This document shows, in pieces, positions 47,418 to 58,762 of a DNA stretch of 64,000 bases (positions within the stretch are counted from its first letter, which is position 1; every line of letters starts with the position of its first letter). The notes below the pieces were generated by a model. It was not told the origin of the DNA. It ran no database searches and saw only the letters and a list, made by a program, of their open reading frames with translations. A program made the translations under genes and the position numbers. Source of the DNA: an uncultured Erysipelotrichaceae bacterium (GTDB lineage Bacteria > Bacillota_I > Bacilli_A > RFN20 > CAG-826); assembly GCA_902800645.1 (NCBI GenBank), contig CADCFC010000001.1, forward strand, positions 122,907 to 186,906, in the 5' to 3' direction.

Positions 47418-48467
47418 ATGAAAAGAAATGAAACTAGACAAGTAAAAGTCGGCAATATTGTTATTGGTGGACAAAATAAAGTTGTCATCCAATCAATGTG
47501 CAATATCAAGACAGAGAATTATCTCGCTGTAAGCGAACAAATTAATGAATGCGCTAAGTTAGGCGCACAATTAATGCGTGTTTCAGTAATGGATGAAAAA
47601 GACGCTTTAGCGATTAAGGAAATCAAAAAGAGAATTTCTATTCCACTCGTGGTTGATATTCATTTTGATTATCGATTAGCTCTCTTGGCGATGGAAAACG
47701 GTGTAGATAAGATTAGAATCAACCCAGGAAATATTGGTGACATCGAAAACATCAAAAAAGTCGTTTCCATGGCTAAAGAAAAACATATTCCAATTAGAAT
47801 TGGGGTTAATTCTGGTTCTTTAGATAAAAACATCCACGATTATTCAACTCAATATACAGCAGAAAAGTTAGTAGCGTCCGCTAAAAGACATGTCGATATT
47901 TTAGAATCATTGGATTTCCATGATATCGTCATTTCCCTAAAGGGAAGTAATGTACTAGAAACCGTCGCAGCGTATCGATTAGCAAGCGAAACATTCCCTT
48001 ATCCACTTCATTTAGGCATTACGGAAGCTGGTTTTAAAGATATCGCTGTTATTAGAAGCTCTGCTGGACTAGCGCCTTTATTACTTGATGGTATTGGAGA
48101 TACAATCCGTATTTCGATATCCGGAAGCGTCAAAGACGAAATCATCACTTGTAAAAGACTTCTCCATGATTGTGGACTTTACGATAACTATCCAACCCTT
48201 GTTGCCTGCCCAACATGTGGACGTACGCAAGTAGATGTTGAATCTTTAGCGAGAAAAGTCATGGAATATCTAGAAACTGTTAATAAACCAATTCACGTCG
48301 CTGTTATGGGATGTGTAGTAAATGGACCTGGCGAAGCCAAAAACGCTGATATCGGTATAGCTGGCGGCCATCACGAATACGTCATTTTCAAAAAAGATAA
48401 AGTAATTAAAAAAGTTCCAGAAGCCGAAGCTTTTGAAACTTTAGTAGAAGAGATAAAGAAACTTTAG
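47418..48467 (+). CDS. ispG: 4-hydroxy-3-methylbut-2-enyl diphosphate synthase IspG (GcpE)
   Basis: TIM-barrel N-domain and a C-terminal 4Fe-4S domain with CPTCGR...GCVVNGPGE. Confidence 0.9.
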   Translation: MKRNETRQVKVGNIVIGGQNKVVIQSMCNIKTENYLAVSEQINECAKLGAQLMRVSVMDEKDALAIKEIKKRISIPLVVDIHFDYRLALLAMENGVDKIRINPGNIGDIENIKKVVSMAKEKHIPIRIGVNSGSLDKNIHDYSTQYTAEKLVASAKRHVDILESLDFHDIVISLKGSNVLETVAAYRLASETFPYPLHLGITEAGFKDIAVIRSSAGLAPLLLDGIGDTIRISISGSVKDEIITCKRLLHDCGLYDNYPTLVACPTCGRTQVDVESLARKVMEYLETVNKPIHVAVMGCVVNGPGEAKNADIGIAGGHHEYVIFKKDKVIKKVPEAEAFETLVEEIKKL

Positions 48468-49378
48468 TTTCTCCAGTCAATGAATTTACCGCTCCTTAGC
48501 ATTTCAATTTCTTGCTTATAAGGAGCTTTTTCATTTACATAAGGCGTTTCAAGAATCATTGGTATTCCAATGAGTTTAGGATGATGTACAACATGATATA
48601 AAGTGTCAAAACCTAAATAGCCATATCCAATGTTTTCATGCCTGTCTTTATGAGCGCCTATTGGATTCTTACTGTCATTAACATGAACGACCAATAAACG
48701 ATCAAGTCCAATGATTTTATCGAATTTTTCGATAACACCATCAAAATCGTTTTTCACATCATAACCAGCATCGGAAATATGACATGTATCGAGGCAAACT
48801 CCTAAACGGTCTTTATGTTCACACTTATCGATAATTGCTTTAACTTGTTCAAAAGTAATTCCAATTTCATGACCCTTGCCCGCCATTGTTTCAATAGCGA
48901 TTTTTACATCAGTGCCATCAACTTTAAAAACTAAATCAAGGGCTTTGGCTAAAGCCAATATTCCAGCCTCGCTCCCCATACCAACATGGCTTCCTGGATG
49001 AAGAACCATGATTTTAACACCAAATCCTGCGGTTCTTCTTAGCTCATTTACAATTGTGTTGATTGACATTTCATATAGGTCTTCTCTAGAGAAATTAGCA
49101 GCATTAATAATGTAAGGAGCGTGAACAATTAATTTTGATTCATCAATTCCTGCTTCCTTAATAAGTTTTCTACCTTCCTGAATTTTTAATTCAGATAATG
49201 GTTTTCTAATTGAATTCTGAGGAGCTCCTGTATAAAACATAAATGTATTTGAATTATATGAAAGTGCTTCTTTAACACTCCCTAAATAGAAATCAGGTCC
49301 GCTTAAACCAACATGACTTCCAAGATAAATAGTTTCTTTAGTTTCCATATTTTTATAACCTGTCAAATATGTTAACAT
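48464..49378 (-). CDS. nfo: Endonuclease IV
   Basis: TIM-barrel Zn-dependent AP endonuclease (LGSHVG..., HAPYIINAAN, metal-ligand His/Asp/Glu). The start is more likely the internal ATG at 49345 (METKETIYLGSHV). Confidence 0.85.
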   Translation of the reverse strand: MLTYLTGYKNMETKETIYLGSHVGLSGPDFYLGSVKEALSYNSNTFMFYTGAPQNSIRKPLSELKIQEGRKLIKEAGIDESKLIVHAPYIINAANFSREDLYEMSINTIVNELRRTAGFGVKIMVLHPGSHVGMGSEAGILALAKALDLVFKVDGTDVKIAIETMAGKGHEIGITFEQVKAIIDKCEHKDRLGVCLDTCHISDAGYDVKNDFDGVIEKFDKIIGLDRLLVVHVNDSKNPIGAHKDRHENIGYGYLGFDTLYHVVHHPKLIGIPMILETPYVNEKAPYKQEIEMLRSGKFIDWRN

Positions 49379-49384
49379 ATTTTC

Positions 49385-50245
49385 ATGAAAACTGCATTAA
49401 TCAAACCTCAAGGTTTTTGTTCTGGTGTCACCCGTGCTGTTGCTCTTGCAAAGCAAGCAAAGCTCGAAAATAAAGATAAGAACATCTACATTTTAGGAAT
49501 GTTAGCTCATAATCAAATCCTCATTGATGATCTTACAAAGGATGGCTTTATTACCTTAATAGGTAATGAGGAAGAGGAAATCAATAAGCTTAAAAAAGGT
49601 GACATCTTAATATTCACAGCGCATGGCCATGATGAAAAATTGGATCGATTAGCAAAAGCAAAAGGTTTAATTACATATGATGCAACCTGCCCGAAAGTAA
49701 AAAGCAATCTCGATAAAATCAAAAAAGAAATCAATGATAATCATCAAGTCATTTATATTGGACAATCAGGCCATAAAGAAGCAAGTGCTGCTTTGTCGAT
49801 TTCTAAAAATGTATCATTATATGATACACAACTACTAATTAACTACCAATTAATTACTGATGAGTCGCCTTTTGTTTTAAATCAAACAACACTCAATTTT
49901 TATGAGCTGTCAAAGTATCATAAAGACATAAAAGATCATATTCCTGATGCAAGAATTGCCAACGAAATATGTAACGCTACTAGATTAAGGCAAGAAGCTA
50001 TGCTTACTATCGATAAAGATACAGATTTAATCGTTATTGTCGGTCACCATAAATCGAGCAACTCAAACAAATTGTTTGACATTGCAAAAGCAAATTATAA
50101 AGATGCTCTTGTTGTAATGATTAATAATCTGGATGAACTAAAGAAGATAGACATTAGAGGCAAGAAAAAAGCCGCCATAGGATCAGGGGCTTCAACTCCA
50201 CAATGTATTGTGGACGAAATATATAACTACTTACTTAAAATATAA
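49385..50245 (+). CDS. ispH: 4-hydroxy-3-methylbut-2-enyl diphosphate reductase IspH (LytB)
   Basis: KPQGFCSGV, ATCPKV and the three conserved Cys; 286 aa. Confidence 0.9.
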   Translation: MKTALIKPQGFCSGVTRAVALAKQAKLENKDKNIYILGMLAHNQILIDDLTKDGFITLIGNEEEEINKLKKGDILIFTAHGHDEKLDRLAKAKGLITYDATCPKVKSNLDKIKKEINDNHQVIYIGQSGHKEASAALSISKNVSLYDTQLLINYQLITDESPFVLNQTTLNFYELSKYHKDIKDHIPDARIANEICNATRLRQEAMLTIDKDTDLIVIVGHHKSSNSNKLFDIAKANYKDALVVMINNLDELKKIDIRGKKKAAIGSGASTPQCIVDEIYNYLLKI

Positions 50246-51005
50246 TTTTAGGTTCAATTTCGTGGTCAACTTCAACGATCTCAATTGACTCGTCCATCTC
50301 ACGGATGAGTTTTTTCATTGTTGGGATGAAGATTTTTTCAATTTCATGAGGCATATCTAAATAATTATATTTAGCATTCACTATTTCTCTTCTAACATGA
50401 TGAGGAGCATCACCGCTAATGAAAATATCATATCCTTTTTCTTTTGCTAACGGCCAATAGCCAGAACCTGCTCCACCGATAATCGCCACTCTTCTAATTT
50501 TATTAGAACCTTTATCTATTAGATGAGAATACGAAACATTCAAACATTTATTTGCGTATTTAGCAAATTCCTCTAGGCTCATCTCTTTAGGAAGTTCACC
50601 ACCACGCATCATTTTGTTGCCTTCAACAACTTCAATATTACATAAATGTAAAGCATTAGCTAATGCGTCATTCATTCCTCCATTACCCGTATCAAAATTG
50701 GTGTGCATGCTATAAACTGGTACACCGATTTCATCTAGCGCGTCACAAAGTTCTTTTTTGGAAGGATCGCGTTCAAACACTTTAGAGCGATATCCATACA
50801 CTAATGGATGATGAGTTAAAACGAGATCAGGTTTAATCTCTTTGATTTTATCAAAAATCTCCCAATCACAGTCCAAAGCAAGAATGATTTTATTAACTTC
50901 TTCAGGCAACTTGCCTGTCATTAGTCCGACAAAATCGTGATTTTCCTTTGCGTAACGTTTTGGAAATCTCTTGGCTAGTTTAGTTAATAAACTCTTTGTG
51001 TTCAT
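50235..51005 (-). CDS. Nif3-family dinuclear metal centre protein (YqfO)
   Basis: NIF3 N- and C-terminal halves (HHPLV...GHYATE-like) and position after trmK, as yqfO is in Bacillus. Confidence 0.7.
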   Translation of the reverse strand: MNTKSLLTKLAKRFPKRYAKENHDFVGLMTGKLPEEVNKIILALDCDWEIFDKIKEIKPDLVLTHHPLVYGYRSKVFERDPSKKELCDALDEIGVPVYSMHTNFDTGNGGMNDALANALHLCNIEVVEGNKMMRGGELPKEMSLEEFAKYANKCLNVSYSHLIDKGSNKIRRVAIIGGAGSGYWPLAKEKGYDIFISGDAPHHVRREIVNAKYNYLDMPHEIEKIFIPTMKKLIREMDESIEIVEVDHEIEPKIIF

Positions 51006-51658
51006 AAAACTGATCTAATCCTCTCTTTTTCGTTGGTCAATTCTTTGACTTTGCTTTGAGGAATGTTTTTATTAGATAACAAGTTATCTATTTCATTAAT
51101 TCTTGATTGATACTTTTCTTTGAAAGTAATACATTTTTCATTTCTTAAAACTGGACCAAATTCTAAATCGGGATCATCCAAGTATTTTGCTTCACCAGCA
51201 ATGAATTTAATAATCTCGTAATAAACACCGCTTTCACAAATAATATCTTCATCAGCAATGACATACCCCATCTTACAAACTTGTTTTCTAAGTTGAGGAA
51301 TTGCATTATGAGCATCAACAATAATAGTTCCGACATTTTTAAGTTTTCTAGGATTCTTTTTTAGAATGTCTATGACATTAAAACCGCCCATACCAGCAAT
51401 AACAATAATGTTTACATCGCTAGGTAGTTGACTAATGCCGTCAGAAAGCATCGGAGTAATTCCATCCGCTTTATTATCTTCAATCGCCTTTTTTAAATGA
51501 TTAAAAGGTCCAACTTTATTTTCGATTGCGTATCCTTTAGTGATTACACCATTTTGAAATAAGGAAATTATTAATTTCCCATGATCGCTTCCGACATCGG
51601 CAACAACTCCGGAAGGAACCATATCATAAATAGCTTGTAATCTCTTGGATAATTTCAT
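51002..51658 (-). CDS. trmK: tRNA (adenine22-N1)-methyltransferase TrmK (YqfN)
   Basis: SAM-binding VADVGSDHG motif and position downstream of sigA. Confidence 0.75.
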   Translation of the reverse strand: MKLSKRLQAIYDMVPSGVVADVGSDHGKLIISLFQNGVITKGYAIENKVGPFNHLKKAIEDNKADGITPMLSDGISQLPSDVNIIVIAGMGGFNVIDILKKNPRKLKNVGTIIVDAHNAIPQLRKQVCKMGYVIADEDIICESGVYYEIIKFIAGEAKYLDDPDLEFGPVLRNEKCITFKEKYQSRINEIDNLLSNKNIPQSKVKELTNEKERIRSVL

Positions 51659-52944
51659 TATGAGTTACGGTAATCCCCTAATTTCTTACGTCTTGTTGGA
51701 TGTTTAAGTTTCTTAATGGCTTTTGCTTCAATTTGACGAATACGTTCACGAGTAACACCGAATTCTTTACCAACTTCTTCGAGCGTTCTTGGACGATTGT
51801 CGTCTAATCCATAACGTAATCTCAAAACTCTTTCTTCTCTTGGTGTGAGATCCTTAAGAATAGAGTCCAACTCTTCCTTAAGAAGTTCTTTAGTTGTATA
51901 TTCAACAGGAGATTCATTATCTTTATCTTCGATAAAGTCGATTAAGTGAGAATCATCTTCTTCACCAATTGGTGTTTCAAATGAAACTGGCTCCAAAGCA
52001 ATTCTTTGAATCTCTCTAATTCTTTTTGGAGTTAATTCTCCTCCCATAGCTTCAGAAATTTCTTCTGCGGTTGGGTCTCTATCTAAATCTTGAACTAGTT
52101 GACGTTGCACTCTAGTCATCTTGTTAATAGTTTCAACCATATGGACAGGAATACGAATGGTACGAGCCTGGTCTGCGATAGCACGAGTGATTGCTTGTCT
52201 AATCCACCATGTAGCGTAAGTTGAAAACTTAAATCCTTTAGTGTAGTCAAATTTATCAACCGCTTTCATTAAACCGAGGTTACCTTCTTGAATTAAATCT
52301 AAGAAGAGCATGCCTCTACCAACGTAGTGCTTAGCAATGTTGACGACCAAACGCAAGTTAGCGTTAATGAGTCTTTGTTTAGCTTCTTCATCACCTTGAA
52401 GGATTTTAGCCGCCAAGATTGGCTCTTCTTCTGGCTTTAATAACTCATATTTACCAATTTCTTTAAGATAAATCTTAACTGAGTCATTAACTTTGACATC
52501 ACCACCAACGGCAATATCCAAATTATCAATATCAAAATCAAGTTCTTCAGACTCAGCCTCGTCATTATCAAAGAAGTCATCATCATCTTCTTCTAAATCA
52601 GACATTTTGCTCTCGTCAAACTCTTCATCGTCGAGATCTTCATCTTCTTCAGGTTCATCTTCTGAAATAACTTCAATGTTTTGCTTTGCAAAGTATTCAA
52701 TTAAATCATCGATAACATCATCTTCGAGTTCATAATTATTTAAAGCATCATAAATATCACTTTGATCTAATGAATCGCCGTTATTCTTAGCTTTCTTAAG
52801 AAGTTTGGCTTCGATTTCCGCTAAAGTAGCAAGAGTTTCAGTATCTCTTTTCTTTGTGGCCTTCTTAGGCTTCTTTGCTACTTCCTTAGTAGCCACTTCA
52901 CTTTTCTTTGGTCTTCCCATTGTCGTATTCTCCCTTATCAACAA
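51658..52944 (-). CDS. sigA: RNA polymerase sigma factor SigA (sigma-70, RpoD)
   Basis: Acidic region 1, then regions 2-4 ([19 protein letters not shown]..., a region 4.2 HTH). Confidence 0.9.
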   Translation of the reverse strand: MLIRENTTMGRPKKSEVATKEVAKKPKKATKKRDTETLATLAEIEAKLLKKAKNNGDSLDQSDIYDALNNYELEDDVIDDLIEYFAKQNIEVISEDEPEEDEDLDDEEFDESKMSDLEEDDDDFFDNDEAESEELDFDIDNLDIAVGGDVKVNDSVKIYLKEIGKYELLKPEEEPILAAKILQGDEEAKQRLINANLRLVVNIAKHYVGRGMLFLDLIQEGNLGLMKAVDKFDYTKGFKFSTYATWWIRQAITRAIADQARTIRIPVHMVETINKMTRVQRQLVQDLDRDPTAEEISEAMGGELTPKRIREIQRIALEPVSFETPIGEEDDSHLIDFIEDKDNESPVEYTTKELLKEELDSILKDLTPREERVLRLRYGLDDNRPRTLEEVGKEFGVTRERIRQIEAKAIKKLKHPTRRKKLGDYRNS

Positions 52945-52952
52945 TCTTCGAT

Positions 52953-54743
52953 CTATTTTTTCTTCGCCAATTCTCTTTGGCGGAATTCTTTAATAATTCT
53001 TGCCTGTTCAAGTTCACTTTTTCCTTCTAGAGAACTTGCAAGGATATCTTCGTCAGTAATTCTTGTCTTCTCACCATTAATGGTGTCTAACAAATTCTCA
53101 AGCAATTGTTCAGAGCACTGACTTGGATGAGTCTCCACCATTAGTGAGGTCAAATCATTAATGATGTCATCTCGATTCTCTTCTTCATTCTGCATGAGCA
53201 AGAGCACTCCATTAACATCCATCTCATCATGATTTTCGGCATATTCAATCATGAAGTTTGCAATTTGACGGTAGTTATCATCATAGAAACCACCCACCTT
53301 TTGTTCATAAAAGCTCACAGCACGCTTGTTTTGACTCATTTGGTATAAAAGTTCGCGCTCAGCAGTTACGAGCTTCTGAAGGGCTTCTCTTTCAGGATGG
53401 AAATTTTGAAAAACAGCTTTAGTTGTTTCTTCTCCTTGACTGACAGTCACACGTGCACGCTTCAATAAATCACGAATGCTTTCAGCGTCGAAGCCAGTAA
53501 TCTTCTGCAACTTTCTCAAATAATTATCAAGTTCTAGTTGCGAATCAATTCTTAGAAGGATTGGTAAGAATTCTTTAATTAATGTTTTCTTTTCTTCATT
53601 GGTCTTAAGAGGATTGCTTCTTAAATAATAATTTAAGGCGAAATCGGTTTGACTAACGAGCTTATTCAAATACTCCTCTAAGGCAGCTTTTCCGTCTTCA
53701 TTTAAGATTTCATCTGGATCGCGGTCGCTTCCTTGATTATCCACAACTCTAAAGTTGATTCCACTTTTTGCTAGAACTTTAGCGATTTTCATCATCGCAC
53801 TTTGTCCAGGCAGGTCGCCGTCAAGACATAGTCTTAGCTCAACGTTCAAGCTTCTTAAAATCTGAATGTGCTCGCTTGTTAAGGCAGTGCCCATTATTGC
53901 CACAGCAGCATCAATTCCGATTTTACCTAGTGCATAGACGTCCATGAATCCTTCACATATGTAGATAAACTCTTTTAATTTACATGCATCTTTAGCGATA
54001 TGAATGTTGTATAAATTGTTAGTCTTATGAAACAAATATGTTTCAGGTGTGTTCATATATTTAGGCGAATTATCGTCCACTAGTCGTCTAGCGCTAAATC
54101 CAATAACATTGCCATCGATATCACAAATTGGGAAAGTCACTCTTCCTTCATTCATGTCTCGATAGTTTCCAGGAGAAAGCATCTTAGCAATTCCTGTATC
54201 TTCGATAGTTTTAATTGAGTGCCCTTTTTTAAGAAGGAAATCAATTGTAGCCTTTCCATCTTCAGGAGCATATCCAAGCTTATACTTATTTCTTAAGGTA
54301 TTATCTAGCTTCCTTGATTCTAGATAATCAAGGCCTTTTTTACCTTCTTGTGTATTAAGCGCAAACTGATAATAAAGATTTAAATCGTAGAGGCACTTAA
54401 GGATTTGATCCCTTCTCTCATCAACTTTAACAGGGCGTCCAACTCTTTCTAGTCCAGCTGGATGATAGTCGACAATATCTGCAACTTTTCTGAGTGCTTC
54501 TCCAAAGGAGATATGCTCATATTTTTGAACGAAGGTGATGGCGTTACCACCAGTACCACAAACAAAGCATTTGAACATTTGTTTTTCTGGAGACACGACT
54601 AAAGAAGGATTTGTATCGTCATGGAATGGACAAACACCTTTATAGTTCTTGCCAGCTTTAATAAGAGGCATGTAACTTTCCACAACTTTAACAATATCAG
54701 CGTGTTTTAAGATGTCTTCAGCTAATGTATTGTTTCCGCTCAT
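52953..54743 (-). CDS. dnaG: DNA primase
   Basis: Zinc-binding [10 protein letters not shown]...C..C, TOPRIM (EGFMD), and a C-terminal helicase-interaction domain. Confidence 0.9.
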   Translation of the reverse strand: MSGNNTLAEDILKHADIVKVVESYMPLIKAGKNYKGVCPFHDDTNPSLVVSPEKQMFKCFVCGTGGNAITFVQKYEHISFGEALRKVADIVDYHPAGLERVGRPVKVDERRDQILKCLYDLNLYYQFALNTQEGKKGLDYLESRKLDNTLRNKYKLGYAPEDGKATIDFLLKKGHSIKTIEDTGIAKMLSPGNYRDMNEGRVTFPICDIDGNVIGFSARRLVDDNSPKYMNTPETYLFHKTNNLYNIHIAKDACKLKEFIYICEGFMDVYALGKIGIDAAVAIMGTALTSEHIQILRSLNVELRLCLDGDLPGQSAMMKIAKVLAKSGINFRVVDNQGSDRDPDEILNEDGKAALEEYLNKLVSQTDFALNYYLRSNPLKTNEEKKTLIKEFLPILLRIDSQLELDNYLRKLQKITGFDAESIRDLLKRARVTVSQGEETTKAVFQNFHPEREALQKLVTAERELLYQMSQNKRAVSFYEQKVGGFYDDNYRQIANFMIEYAENHDEMDVNGVLLLMQNEEENRDDIINDLTSLMVETHPSQCSEQLLENLLDTINGEKTRITDEDILASSLEGKSELEQARIIKEFRQRELAKKK

Positions 54744-54761
54744 ATAATAAAATTATAAATA

Positions 54762-54790
54762 TACTAATTTAATACTAATTTGATACTAAT
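54762..54790 (+). repeat. Phased heptamer array TACTAAT-N4-TACTAAT-N4-TACTAAT between the glyQS stop and the dnaG start
   Basis: Exact copies start at 54762, 54773 and 54784. The intergenic space is only 42 bp, and dnaG has no recognisable SD. Confidence 0.55.
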
Positions 54791-56156
54791 AGAATAATTT
54801 GACAGATAGGTATTCAACAAGCTTTTGAATTGGCATACGAACTTGATTCATTGTATCTCTGTCTCTAATTGTAACTTCGTTATCTTCTAAGGTTTGGAAG
54901 TCAACAGTGATACAGAATGGGGTGCCAATTGCATCTTGTCTACGATATCTCTTACCGATGCTTCCTGTTTCATCATATTGAACAGGGAAATATTTTGATA
55001 AAATATTTTGAATCTCTCTTGCTTTATCTCCAAGAGCCTTGCTCAATGGAAGAATCGCAGCTTTAACAGGTGCAATATATGGAGATAAGTGCATAACGAT
55101 ACGAGTTTCCTTTTCGCCAACTTCTTCATCATAGGCATTGCATAGACACATTAATACGAGTCTATCTAAGCCAACCGAAGGTTCAATACAATAAGGAACA
55201 TATTTCTCATTGGTTTCTGGGTCTAAATATTCAAGGCTTTCACCACTATAAGACATATGGCGGTTTAAGTCGTAATCTGTTCGATCAGCAATGCCCCAAA
55301 CTTCGCCCCATCCAAATGGGAATTTAAATTCAATATCAGTTGTTGCTTTTGAATAAAAAGCAAGTTCTTCTGGATCGTGATCCCTATAACGTAAATTTTC
55401 TTCTTTAATACCTAAGTCCTCAATAAAGAGCAAGCATTGTTTCTTCCAATGTTCAAACCACTCTAAGTCAGTTCCTGGTTTACAGAAGAATTCCATTTCC
55501 ATTTGATCAAACTCACGAGTTCTAAAGGTCATTTGACCTGGAGTAATTTCATTTCTAAAGGCTTTACCAGTATTACAAATACCAATAGGTAATTTTCTAC
55601 GTGTTGTTCTTATAACATTTTTGAAATTAACGAAAACACCTTGAGCGGTTTCAGGTCTAAGATAGACCGTAGATTTACTATCTTCAGTTACACCAATATG
55701 TGTTTTAAACATCATATTGAATTGACGAATATCAGTGAAATCTTCTGCTCCACAATTAGGACAGGTAATGTGATTGCCTCTAATAAATTCCATCATTTGT
55801 TCATTAGTCATTGATGTTACTGGAGCGTCTGGTCTTTCTTGTTCAATTAATTGATCGGCTCTAAAACGTTGTTTACATTTCTTGCAATCAATTAAAGGAT
55901 CATTGAATGTTTGAACGTGTCCAGTAGCTTCCCAAACTTTTGGGTTCATTAGGATAGCAGCGTCAATTCCTACATTAGTAGGACTTTCTTGAACAAACTT
56001 CTTCCACCACATCTTTCTGATGTTGTTTTTTATTTCACTACCTAAAGGACCGTAATCCCATGTATTAGATAAGCCACCATAAATTTCGCTTCCTTGGAAA
56101 TAATATCCAGAAGTAATAAAGTGGCTGCATAATTTATCAAAACTATAATCGCTCAT
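54786..56156 (-). CDS. glyQS: Glycyl-tRNA synthetase, alpha2 single-chain type
   Basis: 456 aa with class II motifs and the Gly-specific insertion ([13 protein letters not shown]..., FRNEITP). Confidence 0.9.
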   Translation of the reverse strand: MSDYSFDKLCSHFITSGYYFQGSEIYGGLSNTWDYGPLGSEIKNNIRKMWWKKFVQESPTNVGIDAAILMNPKVWEATGHVQTFNDPLIDCKKCKQRFRADQLIEQERPDAPVTSMTNEQMMEFIRGNHITCPNCGAEDFTDIRQFNMMFKTHIGVTEDSKSTVYLRPETAQGVFVNFKNVIRTTRRKLPIGICNTGKAFRNEITPGQMTFRTREFDQMEMEFFCKPGTDLEWFEHWKKQCLLFIEDLGIKEENLRYRDHDPEELAFYSKATTDIEFKFPFGWGEVWGIADRTDYDLNRHMSYSGESLEYLDPETNEKYVPYCIEPSVGLDRLVLMCLCNAYDEEVGEKETRIVMHLSPYIAPVKAAILPLSKALGDKAREIQNILSKYFPVQYDETGSIGKRYRRQDAIGTPFCITVDFQTLEDNEVTIRDRDTMNQVRMPIQKLVEYLSVKLFY

Positions 56157-56252
56157 TTAACAAGCCTCCAAAATAATACGCAAGGAAAAATATAGATAAA
56201 AAACACTATCTTGTCAACCTATTATCAGTGTTATAAAAAATCAGTTATAAAT

Positions 56253-56969
56253 TTATTTATATAGTTGATTGATTGAGTGAATGAACACGCCTAAATCACA
56301 ATCAATACAATCTTGAAGGTGCTTTAAGATTTCAATTTTATCTTCTTTAGAATATCTTTCAGAGCCGACACACGAATAATTTGGTGCTTTAAAAATATAC
56401 CTGATTAAAAGCTTTTGACTGCCTGTAAAAGAAGGCAAATCCAAAGTAGGATCTAAGCAATCTTCACAAATGAATCCACCATCTCTAAAAGAGAAAGCGG
56501 CAATTTTATGAGTAGATCCGCAAAAGACACACGAATCAACTTCCGGGCTAGCTCCCGCTATTTTTATTGCTCTTGCTAGAAAAATCAATAATGCTAATAG
56601 CTTGTCTGGAGCGGTCTTTAAGGCGCTTAGTCCCTCTTCTATCTCTTTAAATAAGAGATGCTTGTCATCATCAGGCAAGAGCTTATTAGCGATTTCAATT
56701 ATCACTGAGAGAATAGTTAACTCCTCTAAAGATTCTTTGCCATTAATTGGAGATGAAATTAATTTTGCTTCTTTTAAAGTTGGATACTTATAGCGGCGAT
56801 CCGAGAATTCGGCATCCGCAATCGTTAAAGGATTATTTAACCACATTACTTGTGATTTTCCACTTAACGCTCCAGGTGCTTTAAAAGAAACATAGCCGTT
56901 CTCAGTTATGGCGTTATAAATCACATCATTTTCTTTATATTTTGTATTATTTAATACAATGATTTTCAT
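56253..56969 (-). CDS. recO: DNA repair protein RecO
   Basis: N-terminal OB fold and C-terminal zinc finger CxxC...CxxC (CVFCG...CEDC). Positioned era-recO-glyQS as in Bacillus. Confidence 0.8.
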   Translation of the reverse strand: MKIIVLNNTKYKENDVIYNAITENGYVSFKAPGALSGKSQVMWLNNPLTIADAEFSDRRYKYPTLKEAKLISSPINGKESLEELTILSVIIEIANKLLPDDDKHLLFKEIEEGLSALKTAPDKLLALLIFLARAIKIAGASPEVDSCVFCGSTHKIAAFSFRDGGFICEDCLDPTLDLPSFTGSQKLLIRYIFKAPNYSCVGSERYSKEDKIEILKHLQDCIDCDLGVFIHSINQLYK

Positions 56970-56971
56970 TT

Positions 56972-57859
56972 TCAGCGTTTTTTGTTTTTATATCCGTATG
57001 TTTCTAGTAACTCATCGCTATTGCGCCAATCAGATTGCACTTTAACAAATAGTTCTAAAAACACGTGTTTGTTTAATAACTTCTCAATGTCTCTTCTTGC
57101 CTTTAATCCGATTTCTTTAATTCGCTTTCCGCCAGCGCCAATCACTATTCCCTTTTGGGAATCTTTTTCAACAATAATCGTTGCGTGGATATGTAATGGA
57201 TTTTCTTCCCACGCAATATTATTCACGTAGATTGCAATACTATGTGGAACTTCATCCCTTAGAGTCTTTAAAACTTTTTCACGGATGATTTCTTTGATCT
57301 GAAATATTTCATCTTTATCAGTGACAACTTCACTTGGATAATATTCAGGGCCCTCTGGAAGGAGTTTTTCCACCAAGGCGATTAATTCCTCTAAATTGAA
57401 TCTTTCGCTTGCTACAGTGTCAATAAAGTGGCTTTCTGGGAGTTTTTCACGATAAGTTGCCTTAAGTTTTTCAGCTTCATTAATTCTCGCTTGGTCAATT
57501 TTATTAAAAACGACGACTAAAGGAGCGTTATTAATGTCTAAATGAGACAAAAGGAATTCGTCTCCTTCATTCCACGATTTGCTCGCATCCACAACCAAAA
57601 CATTAACATCGGCCTCATGAGCACTACTATATGCCATGTTATTCATCTCAACACCAAGTTTAGCGTGAGGTTTATGGATACCAGGAGTGTCGACAAAGAT
57701 AATTTGGCTATCTTTGCCACGATAAACACCCTTAATTACATTACGAGTAGTTTGGCTTTTATCGGTGACAATAGAAATCTTACGATTAATAATCCCATTT
57801 AAAATTGTAGACTTGCCGACATTTGGATGTCCGAGAATAGCAACAAATCCAGATTTCAT
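56972..57859 (-). CDS. era: GTPase Era
   Basis: G1 GHPNVGKST, G3 DTPG, G4 NKID and a C-terminal KH domain. Confidence 0.9.
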   Translation of the reverse strand: MKSGFVAILGHPNVGKSTILNGIINRKISIVTDKSQTTRNVIKGVYRGKDSQIIFVDTPGIHKPHAKLGVEMNNMAYSSAHEADVNVLVVDASKSWNEGDEFLLSHLDINNAPLVVVFNKIDQARINEAEKLKATYREKLPESHFIDTVASERFNLEELIALVEKLLPEGPEYYPSEVVTDKDEIFQIKEIIREKVLKTLRDEVPHSIAIYVNNIAWEENPLHIHATIIVEKDSQKGIVIGAGGKRIKEIGLKARRDIEKLLNKHVFLELFVKVQSDWRNSDELLETYGYKNKKR

Positions 57860-58260
57860 TATTTCAAATCGTCCTCACTAAATGCGAATGGTAAGAGCTC
57901 TTCTACGTTAGTTTCTTGCACTGCTCCTTTAAGATTTGTCATAATAATGGCTCCATCTTTAGGGAATAGTTCACTAATAACTTGACGGCACGCTCCACAA
58001 GGGGAACATGGTCCATCAGTATCAGCACTTAATGCAAGAACGAGAAAGTCACTCTTTTTATAACCGTGCATCATCGCGTTATATAGCGCGTTTCTTTCTG
58101 CACACATACATAATGGGTAAGAAGAATTCTCAACGTTTGCGCCTAAAAACACCTTACCATCCTTAGTGAGTAACGCTGCTCCAACAGCGAAATGACTATA
58201 TGGTGAATATGAGAGACTTCTAGCCTCAATTGCTTTTTGAATCAATTCTTTCTTATCCAT
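57859..58260 (-). CDS. cdd: Cytidine deaminase
   Basis: CAE (C.CAERNA) and PCGACRQ zinc-ligand motifs. Confidence 0.85.
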   Translation of the reverse strand: MDKKELIQKAIEARSLSYSPYSHFAVGAALLTKDGKVFLGANVENSSYPLCMCAERNALYNAMMHGYKKSDFLVLALSADTDGPCSPCGACRQVISELFPKDGAIIMTNLKGAVQETNVEELLPFAFSEDDLK

Positions 58261-58262
58261 GA

Positions 58263-58718
58263 TTAGATACCTCTTTCTTTAAGAATTTGTTCTTGTAAAG
58301 AAAACATCACTTCTTCGTCTTCTTTATTCATGTGGTCATATCCGAGTAGATGAAGTAGACCATGAACAAAGAGGAAACAAAGTTCTCGCTTTAATGAATG
58401 TCCATATTCTATAGCTTGCTCTTTTGCTTTTTCTAAAGAGATATAAATATCTCCTAGAGCCACCATTCCTTCTTTATAGAGGACTTTGTCATATAGATGG
58501 CCATCATCTAAAAAGGCGAAACTAATGACGTCAGTTGGACGATCAATATTGCGATATTTTTTATTGATGCGATGGATGTAACGATTATCAACAATAGAAA
58601 CAGAAACAATTGGATCGCACTTAATCTTGAGTGTTGAAAGTGCGATTTCCATTAAGGAATTGTATTCTTCTTCGTAAGATTCTGCTTCTTTAAATTTTGA
58701 GTTAAAATCGAGTTCCAT
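58263..58718 (-). CDS. ybeY: Endoribonuclease YbeY
   Basis: HGLLHLLGYDH metal-binding motif. Confidence 0.85.
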   Translation of the reverse strand: MELDFNSKFKEAESYEEEYNSLMEIALSTLKIKCDPIVSVSIVDNRYIHRINKKYRNIDRPTDVISFAFLDDGHLYDKVLYKEGMVALGDIYISLEKAKEQAIEYGHSLKRELCFLFVHGLLHLLGYDHMNKEDEEVMFSLQEQILKERGI

Positions 58719-58762
58719 CTAAATTAGTTTATCATAGATAAGTACTTATAATCTATATCGAA

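Noticed and set aside
52493-52735. Ser-rich + strand ORF (80 aa)
   Set aside because: It is the antisense mirror of the acidic Asp/Glu-rich region 1 of sigA. The codon-complement artefact produces a Ser run.
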